A stretch of DNA of 64,000 nt, taken from contig CAZNEI010000009.1 in assembly GCA_964572045.1 (NCBI GenBank), positions 49 to 64,048 on the forward strand. Direction: 5' to 3'. Below the pieces are notes generated by a model. The model did not search any database, was not told the DNA's origin, and saw only the letters and a list, made by a program, of their open reading frames with translations. A program made the translations under genes and the position numbers. Origin of the DNA: an uncultured Gemmatimonadaceae bacterium (GTDB lineage Bacteria; Gemmatimonadota; Gemmatimonadetes; Longimicrobiales; Gaopeijiaceae). Positions 57,193 to 64,000 of this stretch are shown here, piece after piece. Every line of letters starts with the position of its first letter. Position 1 is the first letter of the stretch.

Positions 57193-58170
57193 CTAAGCGA
57201 TGATCCGCTTGAAGACATCCAGATCGATGTTCCGGCCGCAGACAACGGCAACGACACTCTTGCCCCTGAGCCGTTCTCTCTGCTTGAGCAGACCTCCGAC
57301 GGCCAGCGCCCCCGATCCTTCGACCACGAGGCGGTGTTGCTCGAACAGAAGGCGGATGGAGTCTTCGATCTCCGGCTCGGTGAGCAACAGGATCTCGTCC
57401 ACGTACTGCCGACACAGGTCCAGGGTGATGCTGTCCAGATCCACGCCTCCGGCGCACGTGTCGGCCAGCGTCGGCCGGGTCTCCATCTCGATCATCCTGC
57501 CAGTTCGAACGGATTCGTACATCACGGGGGAGTTCCCCGGCGAGACGCCAAGAGCTTCAATCTTGGGGTTCTTGAACTTCAGCCAGCCGGCCGAGCCTGT
57601 GAGCAGTCCCCCCGCCCCGCAGGCGAAGAACGCCGCATCCAAACCGGGGAGTTGTTCGATGATCTCGTATCCGCAGGTTCCCTGTCCACCGACCACGATA
57701 GGGTCGTTGTAGGGTGACACGTAGACCTTGCCGTCTTCTTCGGCGGTCCGTCGCGCCTCCTTCTCCGCATCCCACGCGCGGGTGCCGCATACGACCACAT
57801 CCAGGCCGTGTACTCTCAACAGGTCCAGGCGTGATGGCGCGATGTCTTCCGCGACGTAGATCGTGGCCCGGCGTCCCCTGATTCTCGCGGCCTCCGCAAC
57901 CGCCAAGGCATAGTTGCCCGTCGAGGCCGACACCACGCCCCGGTCGAGTTCCGCCTCGGTGAGGGAGAGGAGCTTGTTGAGGGCACCGCGGAACTTGAAA
58001 GACGACGTGCGCTGCATCGAGTCCAGCTTCAGCCAGACTTCCCCACCGATCTGCCCGCTGAGATACGTGGAATACTCAAGAGGCGTGGGCACGAGGTGGT
58101 CCTTACACCTTTCACGGGCCTCGTGAACCAGCTGGGGCACATCAAGCTGCTGCTGACGTCCAGTGGTCAC
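57193..58170 (-). CDS. PLP-dependent fold-type II enzyme, threonine/serine-dehydratase-like (EutB-like)
   Basis: 325 aa. PLP-lysine motif SSFKFRGALNKL and glycine loop GAGGLLTG. GTG start overlaps the stop of the upstream OCD-like gene (GTGA at 58167-58170). Confidence 0.85.
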   Translation of the reverse strand: MTTGRQQQLDVPQLVHEARERCKDHLVPTPLEYSTYLSGQIGGEVWLKLDSMQRTSSFKFRGALNKLLSLTEAELDRGVVSASTGNYALAVAEAARIRGRRATIYVAEDIAPSRLDLLRVHGLDVVVCGTRAWDAEKEARRTAEEDGKVYVSPYNDPIVVGGQGTCGYEIIEQLPGLDAAFFACGAGGLLTGSAGWLKFKNPKIEALGVSPGNSPVMYESVRTGRMIEMETRPTLADTCAGGVDLDSITLDLCRQYVDEILLLTEPEIEDSIRLLFEQHRLVVEGSGALAVGGLLKQRERLRGKSVVAVVCGRNIDLDVFKRIIA

Positions 58171-59162
58171 GAGGATCTTCCTTCTTGATGCTGAGCCAGC
58201 CGATAGGCGTGATCGACCATCTTCGCGATCTGAATGTCTTGAATCGCAACCCCGGTCAGGTCCGCAACCGTGATCTGGTCCTCGCGGGTTCGTCCCATTC
58301 CCGGGTCGTCGATCACCTGGCCGAGCTCAAGGATGGACGCCTCCTCGATCAGTCCTCCTTGAATCGCGTGCACGCACTCGCCGTACTGGGCGCACTGTGA
58401 GATGCTGTCGGCGACGACTCGATCGGCCTTCGCCAGGAGTGCAGCCTCTAACTCCTGCTTTCCGTCGTCGTCAGAACCCATCGCGGTGATATGCGTACCC
58501 TTCTTCACTTGATCGGCCCGGATCAGGGGACTTCTGGCTGAGGTGGCAGTGACGATGAGATCGCACCGCGAGGCCAGGTCACCAGGTGTCTCCGCCGCTT
58601 GGATCTCCAGTCCCCAAGACCGAATGCTGTCAGTTTCACGAAGATCATCGATCATCCGCTGCACCTTCGCAGGATCCCTACCCCAGACGAAACAGCTCTG
58701 ACAGTCGACGACGGTACGCAGCATCTCGAGCTGCATCCTCGCCTGAACACCGGTCCCGACGATTCCGATGTGATGAACGGTTCGGGGAGCCAGATGTTTC
58801 GCCGCAACCGCGCCAGCGGCGGCCGTGCGCATGTCGGTGAGCCAGCACTTGTCCAAGAGAATCAACTTCAGCTCACCGGTCTTCTGGCTGAAAACCAGGA
58901 TCACGCCGTCAGCGACGGGCAACCCGAGCTTGGGGTTGTCGTAGAATCCGGATGCCATCTTCATGACGTAGTAGTCACCACCGGATACGAAACCGTACTT
59001 GATGTGAACATCACCCGGTGGATCGTCGAAGTGTAGGAAACCGACGGGCGGGACGTGTACCTTTCCGTCGGAATAGAGAACAAATCCAGTCTCGATCTCC
59101 TCGATCAGTTTCGGAGCGTCAAGCAGACGCTTGATCTCATCGAGATTGAGTACAGTGGTCAT
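58167..59162 (-). CDS. Ornithine cyclodeaminase / mu-crystallin family protein (EutC-like)
   Basis: 331 aa. TDMRTAAAGAVAA and Rossmann IGIVGTGVQARMQ. Visibly lower GC than neighbouring genes. Confidence 0.85.
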   Translation of the reverse strand: MTTVLNLDEIKRLLDAPKLIEEIETGFVLYSDGKVHVPPVGFLHFDDPPGDVHIKYGFVSGGDYYVMKMASGFYDNPKLGLPVADGVILVFSQKTGELKLILLDKCWLTDMRTAAAGAVAAKHLAPRTVHHIGIVGTGVQARMQLEMLRTVVDCQSCFVWGRDPAKVQRMIDDLRETDSIRSWGLEIQAAETPGDLASRCDLIVTATSARSPLIRADQVKKGTHITAMGSDDDGKQELEAALLAKADRVVADSISQCAQYGECVHAIQGGLIEEASILELGQVIDDPGMGRTREDQITVADLTGVAIQDIQIAKMVDHAYRLAQHQEGRSS

Positions 59163-59307
59163 TGAAATTGCCTCACGTTGAGAGAGTCAATCGATCAAAA
59201 CTAACGTTTCACCTTCACTTACAACCGGATTCGCCGCGCTCCAATGGACCGTTAGTCTCCGGAGAAAGCCGCATCCTCTCGGAGGGATACGACGCGGATC
59301 CTCGCCC

Positions 59308-59336
59308 CGTATAAGTCATCCCTTCGGCCATATCAA
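59308..59336 (-). promoter_or_regulatory. Sigma70-like promoter candidate for the OCD-like/PLP operon (TTGATA-N17-TATACG)
   Basis: Read on the minus strand: -35 at 59331-59336 and -10 at 59308-59313, with a 17-nt spacer. This would give a 5' UTR of about 140 nt before the ATG at 59162. Confidence 0.3.
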
Positions 59337-59605
59337 AACGAGAAGTGCGGTCATCGCCCCGGGTAGCGCCAGGCGATAGTCCGTGTTAGCCGCGGCAGAG
59401 CCCCGTGACAGCAACAGGAGCCGTTTCATTTCTACGCAGCGAAGACTCAATGAACACGGCACATTTCTGTTTGAGACAAGACTCGGTCTACAAGGCAGAC
59501 CAAACCGACTGCCACTGGGATGGGTGACCAAGATACGGATCGGAGCCGAAGTGCGCAAACTTGATTCCCACGCCCCCGATAGCAGTCGCATGACGATTCG
59601 TCTCC

Positions 59606-59635
59606 TTGACACAAGAGAAGCGAGATACCTAGTAT
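59606..59635 (+). promoter_or_regulatory. Sigma70-like promoter candidate (TTGACA-N18-TAGTAT) in the AT-rich spacer, facing the aminotransferase gene
   Basis: Perfect -35 hexamer at 59606-59611 and -10-like TAGTAT at 59630-59635. The gene start is about 290 nt downstream. Confidence 0.35.
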
Positions 59636-59680
59636 GCGGCCTGATGACGTTCCGTCAAGATCCAGTAGGTGGGTGACCGG

Positions 59681-59712
59681 TCCCTAGGTAAGGGATCCCC
59701 TCAGGATTTTTT
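59681..59712 (+). terminator. Weak hairpin followed by T6 (possible attenuator or sRNA terminator)
   Basis: CCTAGG (59683-59688) can pair with CCT(C)AGG (59699-59705) with one bulge, followed by TTTTTT at 59707-59712. This lies about 70 nt after the candidate promoter. Confidence 0.25.
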
Positions 59713-59927
59713 GGGTGCAAGAGATTTGTGATCCGATTATCGATTGCTTTGACCCTCAGAGTGATCGTGTCTTCGATGGTTCGATATTATAGAACACGAT
59801 CCGCTCGTGTCTCGACGATTCGATTGCAGCCCAGGGAAGCTCGATCCGATACTCGCCTCCCTCTACGGGTGGCAGGGGTGTCGAGGCCAATCTGATTCTC
59901 GCACTTCACCGGGGAGGATGAGCCGAC

Positions 59928-61061
59928 GTGAGTGGCACTGTAACCTACGACGGTGAGCCGCCCCCTGGCACAATTGACCTGGGTCTCGGCCAGCCTTCAT
60001 CCGACCTACTACGTGTCGACCTGCTTCGCCGCGCGAGCGAATCGTTCTTCACCGACGCACATCCTTTCGAGCTGGACTACGGGGTCATGTCCGGTGACGA
60101 GCGTTTCCTCGAGTCCTTGGCGGCGTTTCTATGTGAGGGATATGACGCTTCCGTGATCCCACAGTCATTGTCTGTTACCGGAGGAAACTCACACGCTTTG
60201 GATTTAGTATCGACAGTCTTTAGCAAGCCGGGAGACACCGTGTTTGTCGAAGAGCCGAGCTACTTTCTGGCCTTTCAAATCTTTCGAGATCACGGATTGA
60301 AGATAGTAAGCGTACCGATCGATGAGCACGGCATGCGTGTCGAAGCCTTGGAGGCATTGCTGGCTGAGCATGATCCGGCGTTCGTATACGTCATCCCTAG
60401 CTACCACAATCCGGCCGGATACTGCATGAGCAAAGCGCGCCGTATCCGTTTGATTGAACTCAGTCAACAACACGAGTTCTTGATCCTAGCGGATGAAGTC
60501 TATCAACTCCTCCATTATTCTGACGAGCCGCCTCCGGCATTCGGAACAATGATCGAGACCGATACTGTTCTGTCGCTCGGATCGTTTTCGAAGATTCTCG
60601 CTCCGGCGATGCGTCTCGGCTGGATTCAGACCGGACCCAGACTACAGAATCGCCTCCGCGAAGCCGGCGTTATCGTCAGCGGTGGCAGTGCAAATCACTA
60701 TTCTTCACATATCGTTCGACACGCCATTGATCTCGGACTTCTACAGGCGCATGTCACAGAGATCAGGAGCATCTACGGGAGTCGCGTCGCGATCATGCAG
60801 GAATCTCTACAGTCACACTTCGCCGATCTTGCCACGTGGCAGCGACCGAGCGGCGGGTACTTTTTCTGGCTTCGCTTTGGTGATGAGATCGATACCGCAT
60901 CCTATCGGGAAAAAGCGAGAGAACTCCAGGCAGGATTCCAGCCCGGAACCGTATTCTCCAACGAAACCAGACTCAAGAACTTCCTGCGCCTGTCCTTTGC
61001 CCATTATGGTGAAGACGACATACATGAGGGTATCGCTCGAATACGCCGGGCCTTCGGTTGA
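59928..61061 (+). CDS. Class I/II PLP-dependent aminotransferase (MocR-effector-domain / 2-aminoadipate-transaminase-like, no HTH domain)
   Basis: GTG at 59928 preceded by GGGGAGGA. YHNPAG, ADEVY and PLP-lysine context SLGSFSKILAPAMRLGW. 377 aa. About 50 % GC in a hand-counted stretch. Confidence 0.85.
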   Translation: MSGTVTYDGEPPPGTIDLGLGQPSSDLLRVDLLRRASESFFTDAHPFELDYGVMSGDERFLESLAAFLCEGYDASVIPQSLSVTGGNSHALDLVSTVFSKPGDTVFVEEPSYFLAFQIFRDHGLKIVSVPIDEHGMRVEALEALLAEHDPAFVYVIPSYHNPAGYCMSKARRIRLIELSQQHEFLILADEVYQLLHYSDEPPPAFGTMIETDTVLSLGSFSKILAPAMRLGWIQTGPRLQNRLREAGVIVSGGSANHYSSHIVRHAIDLGLLQAHVTEIRSIYGSRVAIMQESLQSHFADLATWQRPSGGYFFWLRFGDEIDTASYREKARELQAGFQPGTVFSNETRLKNFLRLSFAHYGEDDIHEGIARIRRAFG

Positions 61062-61221
61062 ACGGAGCCAGCCGCGGACTCGGACAGGGTCGGGCGCGAG
61101 GTTCGCGTGCGAAGGGGTGACAGCCTCCGCTCACGTTGAGCGTCTCTGGACCGCGATTCGCCACGCCTCCGGTGCCGGAATTCGATAGGGTCCGGACGGC
61201 CCCGGGATGAATCCAGTGGGG

Positions 61222-61977
61222 CTAGAACGAGCCGCCGAGTGCAACCCTGATCGCCTCCCCGCTCACTCCACTCGATTCCTCGGATGCCAGGAAGGCGATC
61301 ACCTCCGCCACTTCCCGGGGCGTAGCCACGCGATTCGCCGGATACAGCGCCGCCCGTTCGTTCCAGACTTGATCGGTCGAGATGCGTCGATCCTGCGCCT
61401 CCTGGCGGGCCGAACGCTCGGCCATCTCCGTCCGAACCCAGCCGGGCAGGACTGCATTGGATGTGATGCCATGAGCTCCTCCGTCCACCGCGACGGATCG
61501 CATCAGTCCCAGCAGCCCATGCTTGGAGCTGTTGTATGCGCTCGCGGCGGGTTCGGCGACCAAGCCGGACGTAGAGCTCGTAAATACCACCCGCCCGAAT
61601 CGGCGTTCGACCATCCCCGGCAGTACGAGTCTTGAGAGATGGAATGGGGCATCGAGGTTGACCCGTATCGTCGTACTCCATGCGTCGAGTTCCTGCTCCC
61701 AGACGACGCGCTCGTGCGCGGAGCCGATGCCGTGGTTGCATACGAGGATCTCAATCGGTCCCAGACGACGCTCGGCCTCCGCGACCGCGCGTGCACACCC
61801 CTCCGGGCTTCCGAGATCCACAGCCGCAAAATCGAGCCCGACGTCGGCCAACTCCCGACGGCTTCGGGCGACGCACATCACTCTGGCGCCGCGTGACGCC
61901 AGCAGCTCGGCCGTTGCACGTCCGATCCCGCGGCCCCCACCCGTGACGAGAGCTACGCGCCCTTCGACTCCGGCCAC
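61222..61977 (-). CDS. SDR-family oxidoreductase
   Basis: GTG start. TGGGRGIG, CNHG and YNSSK motifs. 251 aa. Confidence 0.9.
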   Translation of the reverse strand: MAGVEGRVALVTGGGRGIGRATAELLASRGARVMCVARSRRELADVGLDFAAVDLGSPEGCARAVAEAERRLGPIEILVCNHGIGSAHERVVWEQELDAWSTTIRVNLDAPFHLSRLVLPGMVERRFGRVVFTSSTSGLVAEPAASAYNSSKHGLLGLMRSVAVDGGAHGITSNAVLPGWVRTEMAERSARQEAQDRRISTDQVWNERAALYPANRVATPREVAEVIAFLASEESSGVSGEAIRVALGGSF

Positions 61978-62062
61978 GCTTCACATACTCCCTCTTAGTG
62001 AGTCGGTCGAACCCAGGTCTGCCAACCGGCGGCCGACCTGACCGGATGAACGAGATGGCCCC

Positions 62063-63031
62063 TCACGCCAGTACTTCTTGCAACGTATCGAGGCCGATCT
62101 TCGCGCCGCTCACGATGAGCACCACCGTCTTACCCTCGTAGCGGTTGGCAGTCTTCAGGAACGCAGCAACCGACAGCGCCGCCGCTCCCTCCACCAGCGT
62201 GTGGTGCCTCAGCAGCAAGAGTCGGATCGCGGCCTTGATCTCCTCCTCGCTCACCAGCTCGAAGCGATCTACGAGGTCTCGGCAGATCGGCAGGGTGATC
62301 GCGTCTTCCTCGATTCCGCCTGCCGTCCCGTCGGAGAGCGAGGGCCGCAAGTCCAGCTCCACGACCCTTCCAGCCTTGACCGACTCGCACATCACGGGCG
62401 AAGCCTCCGGCTGGCAGCCCACAATCTCGATGCCGGCGTTGCCGGCCTTCAGGCATCCCGCGATGCCGGCAATGAGACCGCCGCCGCCCACCGGCGCAAA
62501 GACGCTATCGATCCCGTCGATCTGCCGTTCCAGCTCAAGCCCGATCGTCCCCTGCCCGGCGATGATCCAAGGATCGTTCCAGGCGGAGACGAAGAGCCGG
62601 TTGCTACGCTTGGCATCGAGCTGCGCGAATCGCTCGGTCTCGAGGCTGTCCAGGCCGTGAAAGCGCAGATCGGCACCCAGCTGTCTTAGCATCTCGACCT
62701 TGCTTCCTGAAGCGTTCTCGGGCACGAAGATGGTACCGGACCAGCCGAATCCGTGCAGCAGATGGGCGACGGCCCCGGCATGGTTTCCCGAGGAGGCGGT
62801 GACGATGCCCCTCCGGCGTTCGGCCTCGCTCAAGGACAGGAGCTTGTTGGTGGCGCCCCGAAGCTTGAAGGAGCCGGTCGTTTGATGGTTTTCCAGCTTG
62901 AGGTAAGCGTTGCACTTCCCGGCGCCGCTGAGCCAGACGGAGCGCTCCACGGGCGTCTCTCGAACGTGCGAGCGTATCCGCTCCCATGCCTCCAGGGTGT
63001 CCCTCCGGATGTCCAGCGCCGACGTGCTCAT
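62063..63031 (-). CDS. PLP-dependent fold-type II enzyme, threonine/serine-dehydratase-like (paralog of 57193..58170)
   Basis: ATG at 63029-63031 (MSTSALDIRR). PLP-lysine motif TGSFKLRGATNKLLSLSEAE, SSGNHAG and GGGGLIAG. Collinear with the other copy. Confidence 0.85.
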   Translation of the reverse strand: MSTSALDIRRDTLEAWERIRSHVRETPVERSVWLSGAGKCNAYLKLENHQTTGSFKLRGATNKLLSLSEAERRRGIVTASSGNHAGAVAHLLHGFGWSGTIFVPENASGSKVEMLRQLGADLRFHGLDSLETERFAQLDAKRSNRLFVSAWNDPWIIAGQGTIGLELERQIDGIDSVFAPVGGGGLIAGIAGCLKAGNAGIEIVGCQPEASPVMCESVKAGRVVELDLRPSLSDGTAGGIEEDAITLPICRDLVDRFELVSEEEIKAAIRLLLLRHHTLVEGAAALSVAAFLKTANRYEGKTVVLIVSGAKIGLDTLQEVLA

Positions 63032-63146
63032 GCAGAACCCTCGATCAACGGGATGACCCACAAAAGGAATATGGACTGGGAGTGCCTCGCGGGATCCGAA
63101 ACACCGTAGTAGGTCGTGGGCAGGTTTGCGAACTACGCCCTCGCGG

Positions 63147-63359
63147 GACATCGCCGACATCACCCTCAACCGGTGGAGACACGGCTACGCCATGGGACAG
63201 CACCTGCTCTTCGATCCGGATTGGAGCGGGGACGAGTATCCGGGGGTCGTCGGGCGCGAGCGGTTCGGACGCATCACCATCGCGAATTCCGACGCCGAGG
63301 GCGCCTGCCTGACGCAGGCAGCGTTCGATCAGGCTCACCGTGCCGTGGATGAGCTCATG
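63147..63359 (+). pseudogene. 3'-terminal fragment of a spermidine-dehydrogenase-like (SpdH-family) FAD oxidoreductase gene
   Basis: DIADITLNRWRHGYAMG ... FGRITIANSDAEGACLTQAAFDQAHRAVDEL matches, from memory, the conserved C-terminal ~70 aa of a family whose members I recall as several hundred residues long. The frame is closed by TGA at 63054-63056, so no N-terminal body exists. After the match the frame runs on as R-rich text to 63674. Confidence 0.5.
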
Positions 63360-63621
63360 CCGCACGTTGCCTGGTGGAATCGGATCTGGCGAGAAGGGCT
63401 TGGGGGGAGCCCGGAGCGAGCTCTTCAGAGTCTTCTCCGGGCTCCATTCCGCTTCCGGTCGGTAGAGCTTGAGCTCTCGGCTTGCGCCGGTCCGTCAACA
63501 AGAGCGCCCGGGGTCCGCGTCGCCAGCTCGATCGTCTCCCACATCAGCACGGCCGCTCCGCAGGGGCGTCGGCGCCGAGCACTGAGCTGCGACGGCGGTC
63601 GACCCCCGGAGCTCCAGTGGG

Positions 63622-64000
63622 TCAGCGGAGCACGGCGGACAACGCCTCGTCGAGGTTCTGGGTCGCAGCGTTGAGCTTGCCAGCGATCAGGAACAGCGCT
63701 TCGGCGAGCCGGCCGCGCGACTCGGCCTCAAGCTGCCTCAGCTCGGGCAATTCCGCCGCCACCGGCCCGCCCGCCCTGAGACGCCGCTGAATATCAGCCA
63801 CCTCCACGCGCACCGGACGTGGTTTGTGTTCGAAGGCGACGCTCCAGTCGTCGCTGGTGTACCAGTACAGCCTCTGAGCGTCCATGACCTCGGGCGAGAC
63901 CTGAGCCGCCGCCCTCACCACCTGTAGCTCCTCCAGTGCGGCAACAGCGGCGTCCGCGTTCCCCTGCTCGGCGGCCGCCCTCGCTCGGGCGAGTCGAGAG
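63622..64000 (-). CDS. Hypothetical protein, partial (5' end beyond the window)
   Basis: The frame stays open from the window edge to the stop at 63622. Helical Ala/Glu/Leu-rich composition. No family recognised. Confidence 0.4.
   Translation of the reverse strand, partial: SRLARARAAAEQGNADAAVAALEELQVVRAAAQVSPEVMDAQRLYWYTSDDWSVAFEHKPRPVRVEVADIQRRLRAGGPVAAELPELRQLEAESRGRLAEALFLIAGKLNAATQNLDEALSAVLR

Noticed and set aside
57193-59162. SbnA/SbnB-type L-2,3-diaminopropionate synthase pair (PLP enzyme plus OCD-like dehydrogenase)
   Set aside because: The PLP-lysine context here is SFKFRGA (threonine-dehydratase/serine-racemase type). It is not the cysteine-synthase-like G-S-M/V-K-D-R motif of SbnA. 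The EutB/EutC-like reading fits better.
59511-59517. GCCACTG, resembling the B12-box of cobalamin riboswitches
   Set aside because: The surrounding sequence lacks the other conserved cobalamin-riboswitch core elements. An isolated heptamer is not evidence.
59316-59676. Two overlapping ~98-aa ORFs on opposite strands in the AT-rich spacer
   Set aside because: Neither has a family signature or a convincing RBS. A rough estimate shows ORFs of this length are expected by chance about once in a region of this size and composition. A degraded gene remnant cannot be excluded.
1-64000. tRNA, rRNA, tmRNA, RNase P, transposase/integrase genes and toxin-antitoxin or known defence-system genes
   Set aside because: I scanned by eye for T-loop (GGTTCGA-type) motifs, characteristic RNA cores and hallmark protein motifs, and recognised none. 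A covariance-model and HMM scan would be needed to be certain.

Overview
This is a high-GC bacterial chromosomal window. Hand counts of typical 60-nt stretches give about 62-72 % GC. I support 40 protein-coding genes, most on the minus strand, plus two gene remnants/pseudogenes. I found no rRNA, tRNA, CRISPR array, transposase or integrase. The gene content (SusC/SusD pair, DUF1800/DUF1501 pair, BNR/sortilin-like protein, fused E1 alpha/beta dehydrogenase, DUF2723) fits a Gemmatimonadota-like or similar high-GC Gram-negative organism, but that is a low-confidence inference.

Layout:
- 0.4-6.4 kb: ccdA, an agmatinase-family gene, a Fur-family regulator, nrnA, and an unusual single ORF fusing DedA, CoaE and PHP domains.
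- 7-23 kb: housekeeping and miscellaneous genes (thioredoxin-domain YyaL-like protein, E1 alpha/beta, MoeB-rhodanese, DUF2723, hydrolase, OCD plus MSOX-like flavoprotein, Lhr helicase).
- 23.3-33.9 kb: a long co-directional run. It holds a Met/Glu-repeat lipoprotein, an unknown ORF, a GlxD/GlxC/GlxB-like split glutamate-synthase set, a GS-like ligase, a FadR-type regulator, a heme c-PQQ dehydrogenase and a DAO-family flavoprotein.
- 34-49 kb: MDR reductase, an S9 peptidase with a damaged 3' end, a BNR/sortilin-like protein, SDR, APC permease, DUF1501/DUF1800 and an MlrC-like peptidase.
- 50.3-56.6 kb: SusC-SusD followed by a second heme c-PQQ dehydrogenase paralog.
- 57.2-63.0 kb: an amino-acid-modifying cluster (two threonine-dehydratase-like PLP enzymes, OCD-like enzyme, aminotransferase, SDR). 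It contains a clearly lower-GC core and a 765-bp AT-rich spacer. It abuts a 3' fragment of a spermidine-dehydrogenase-like gene.

The most interesting candidates for uncharacterised biology are:
- the GS/Glx/flavoprotein/quinohemoprotein locus;
- the SusCD-quinohemoprotein locus;
- the compositionally foreign EutB/EutC-like cluster;
- the DedA-CoaE-PHP fusion.

All functional calls rest on motif and family recognition by eye. No database search was run.
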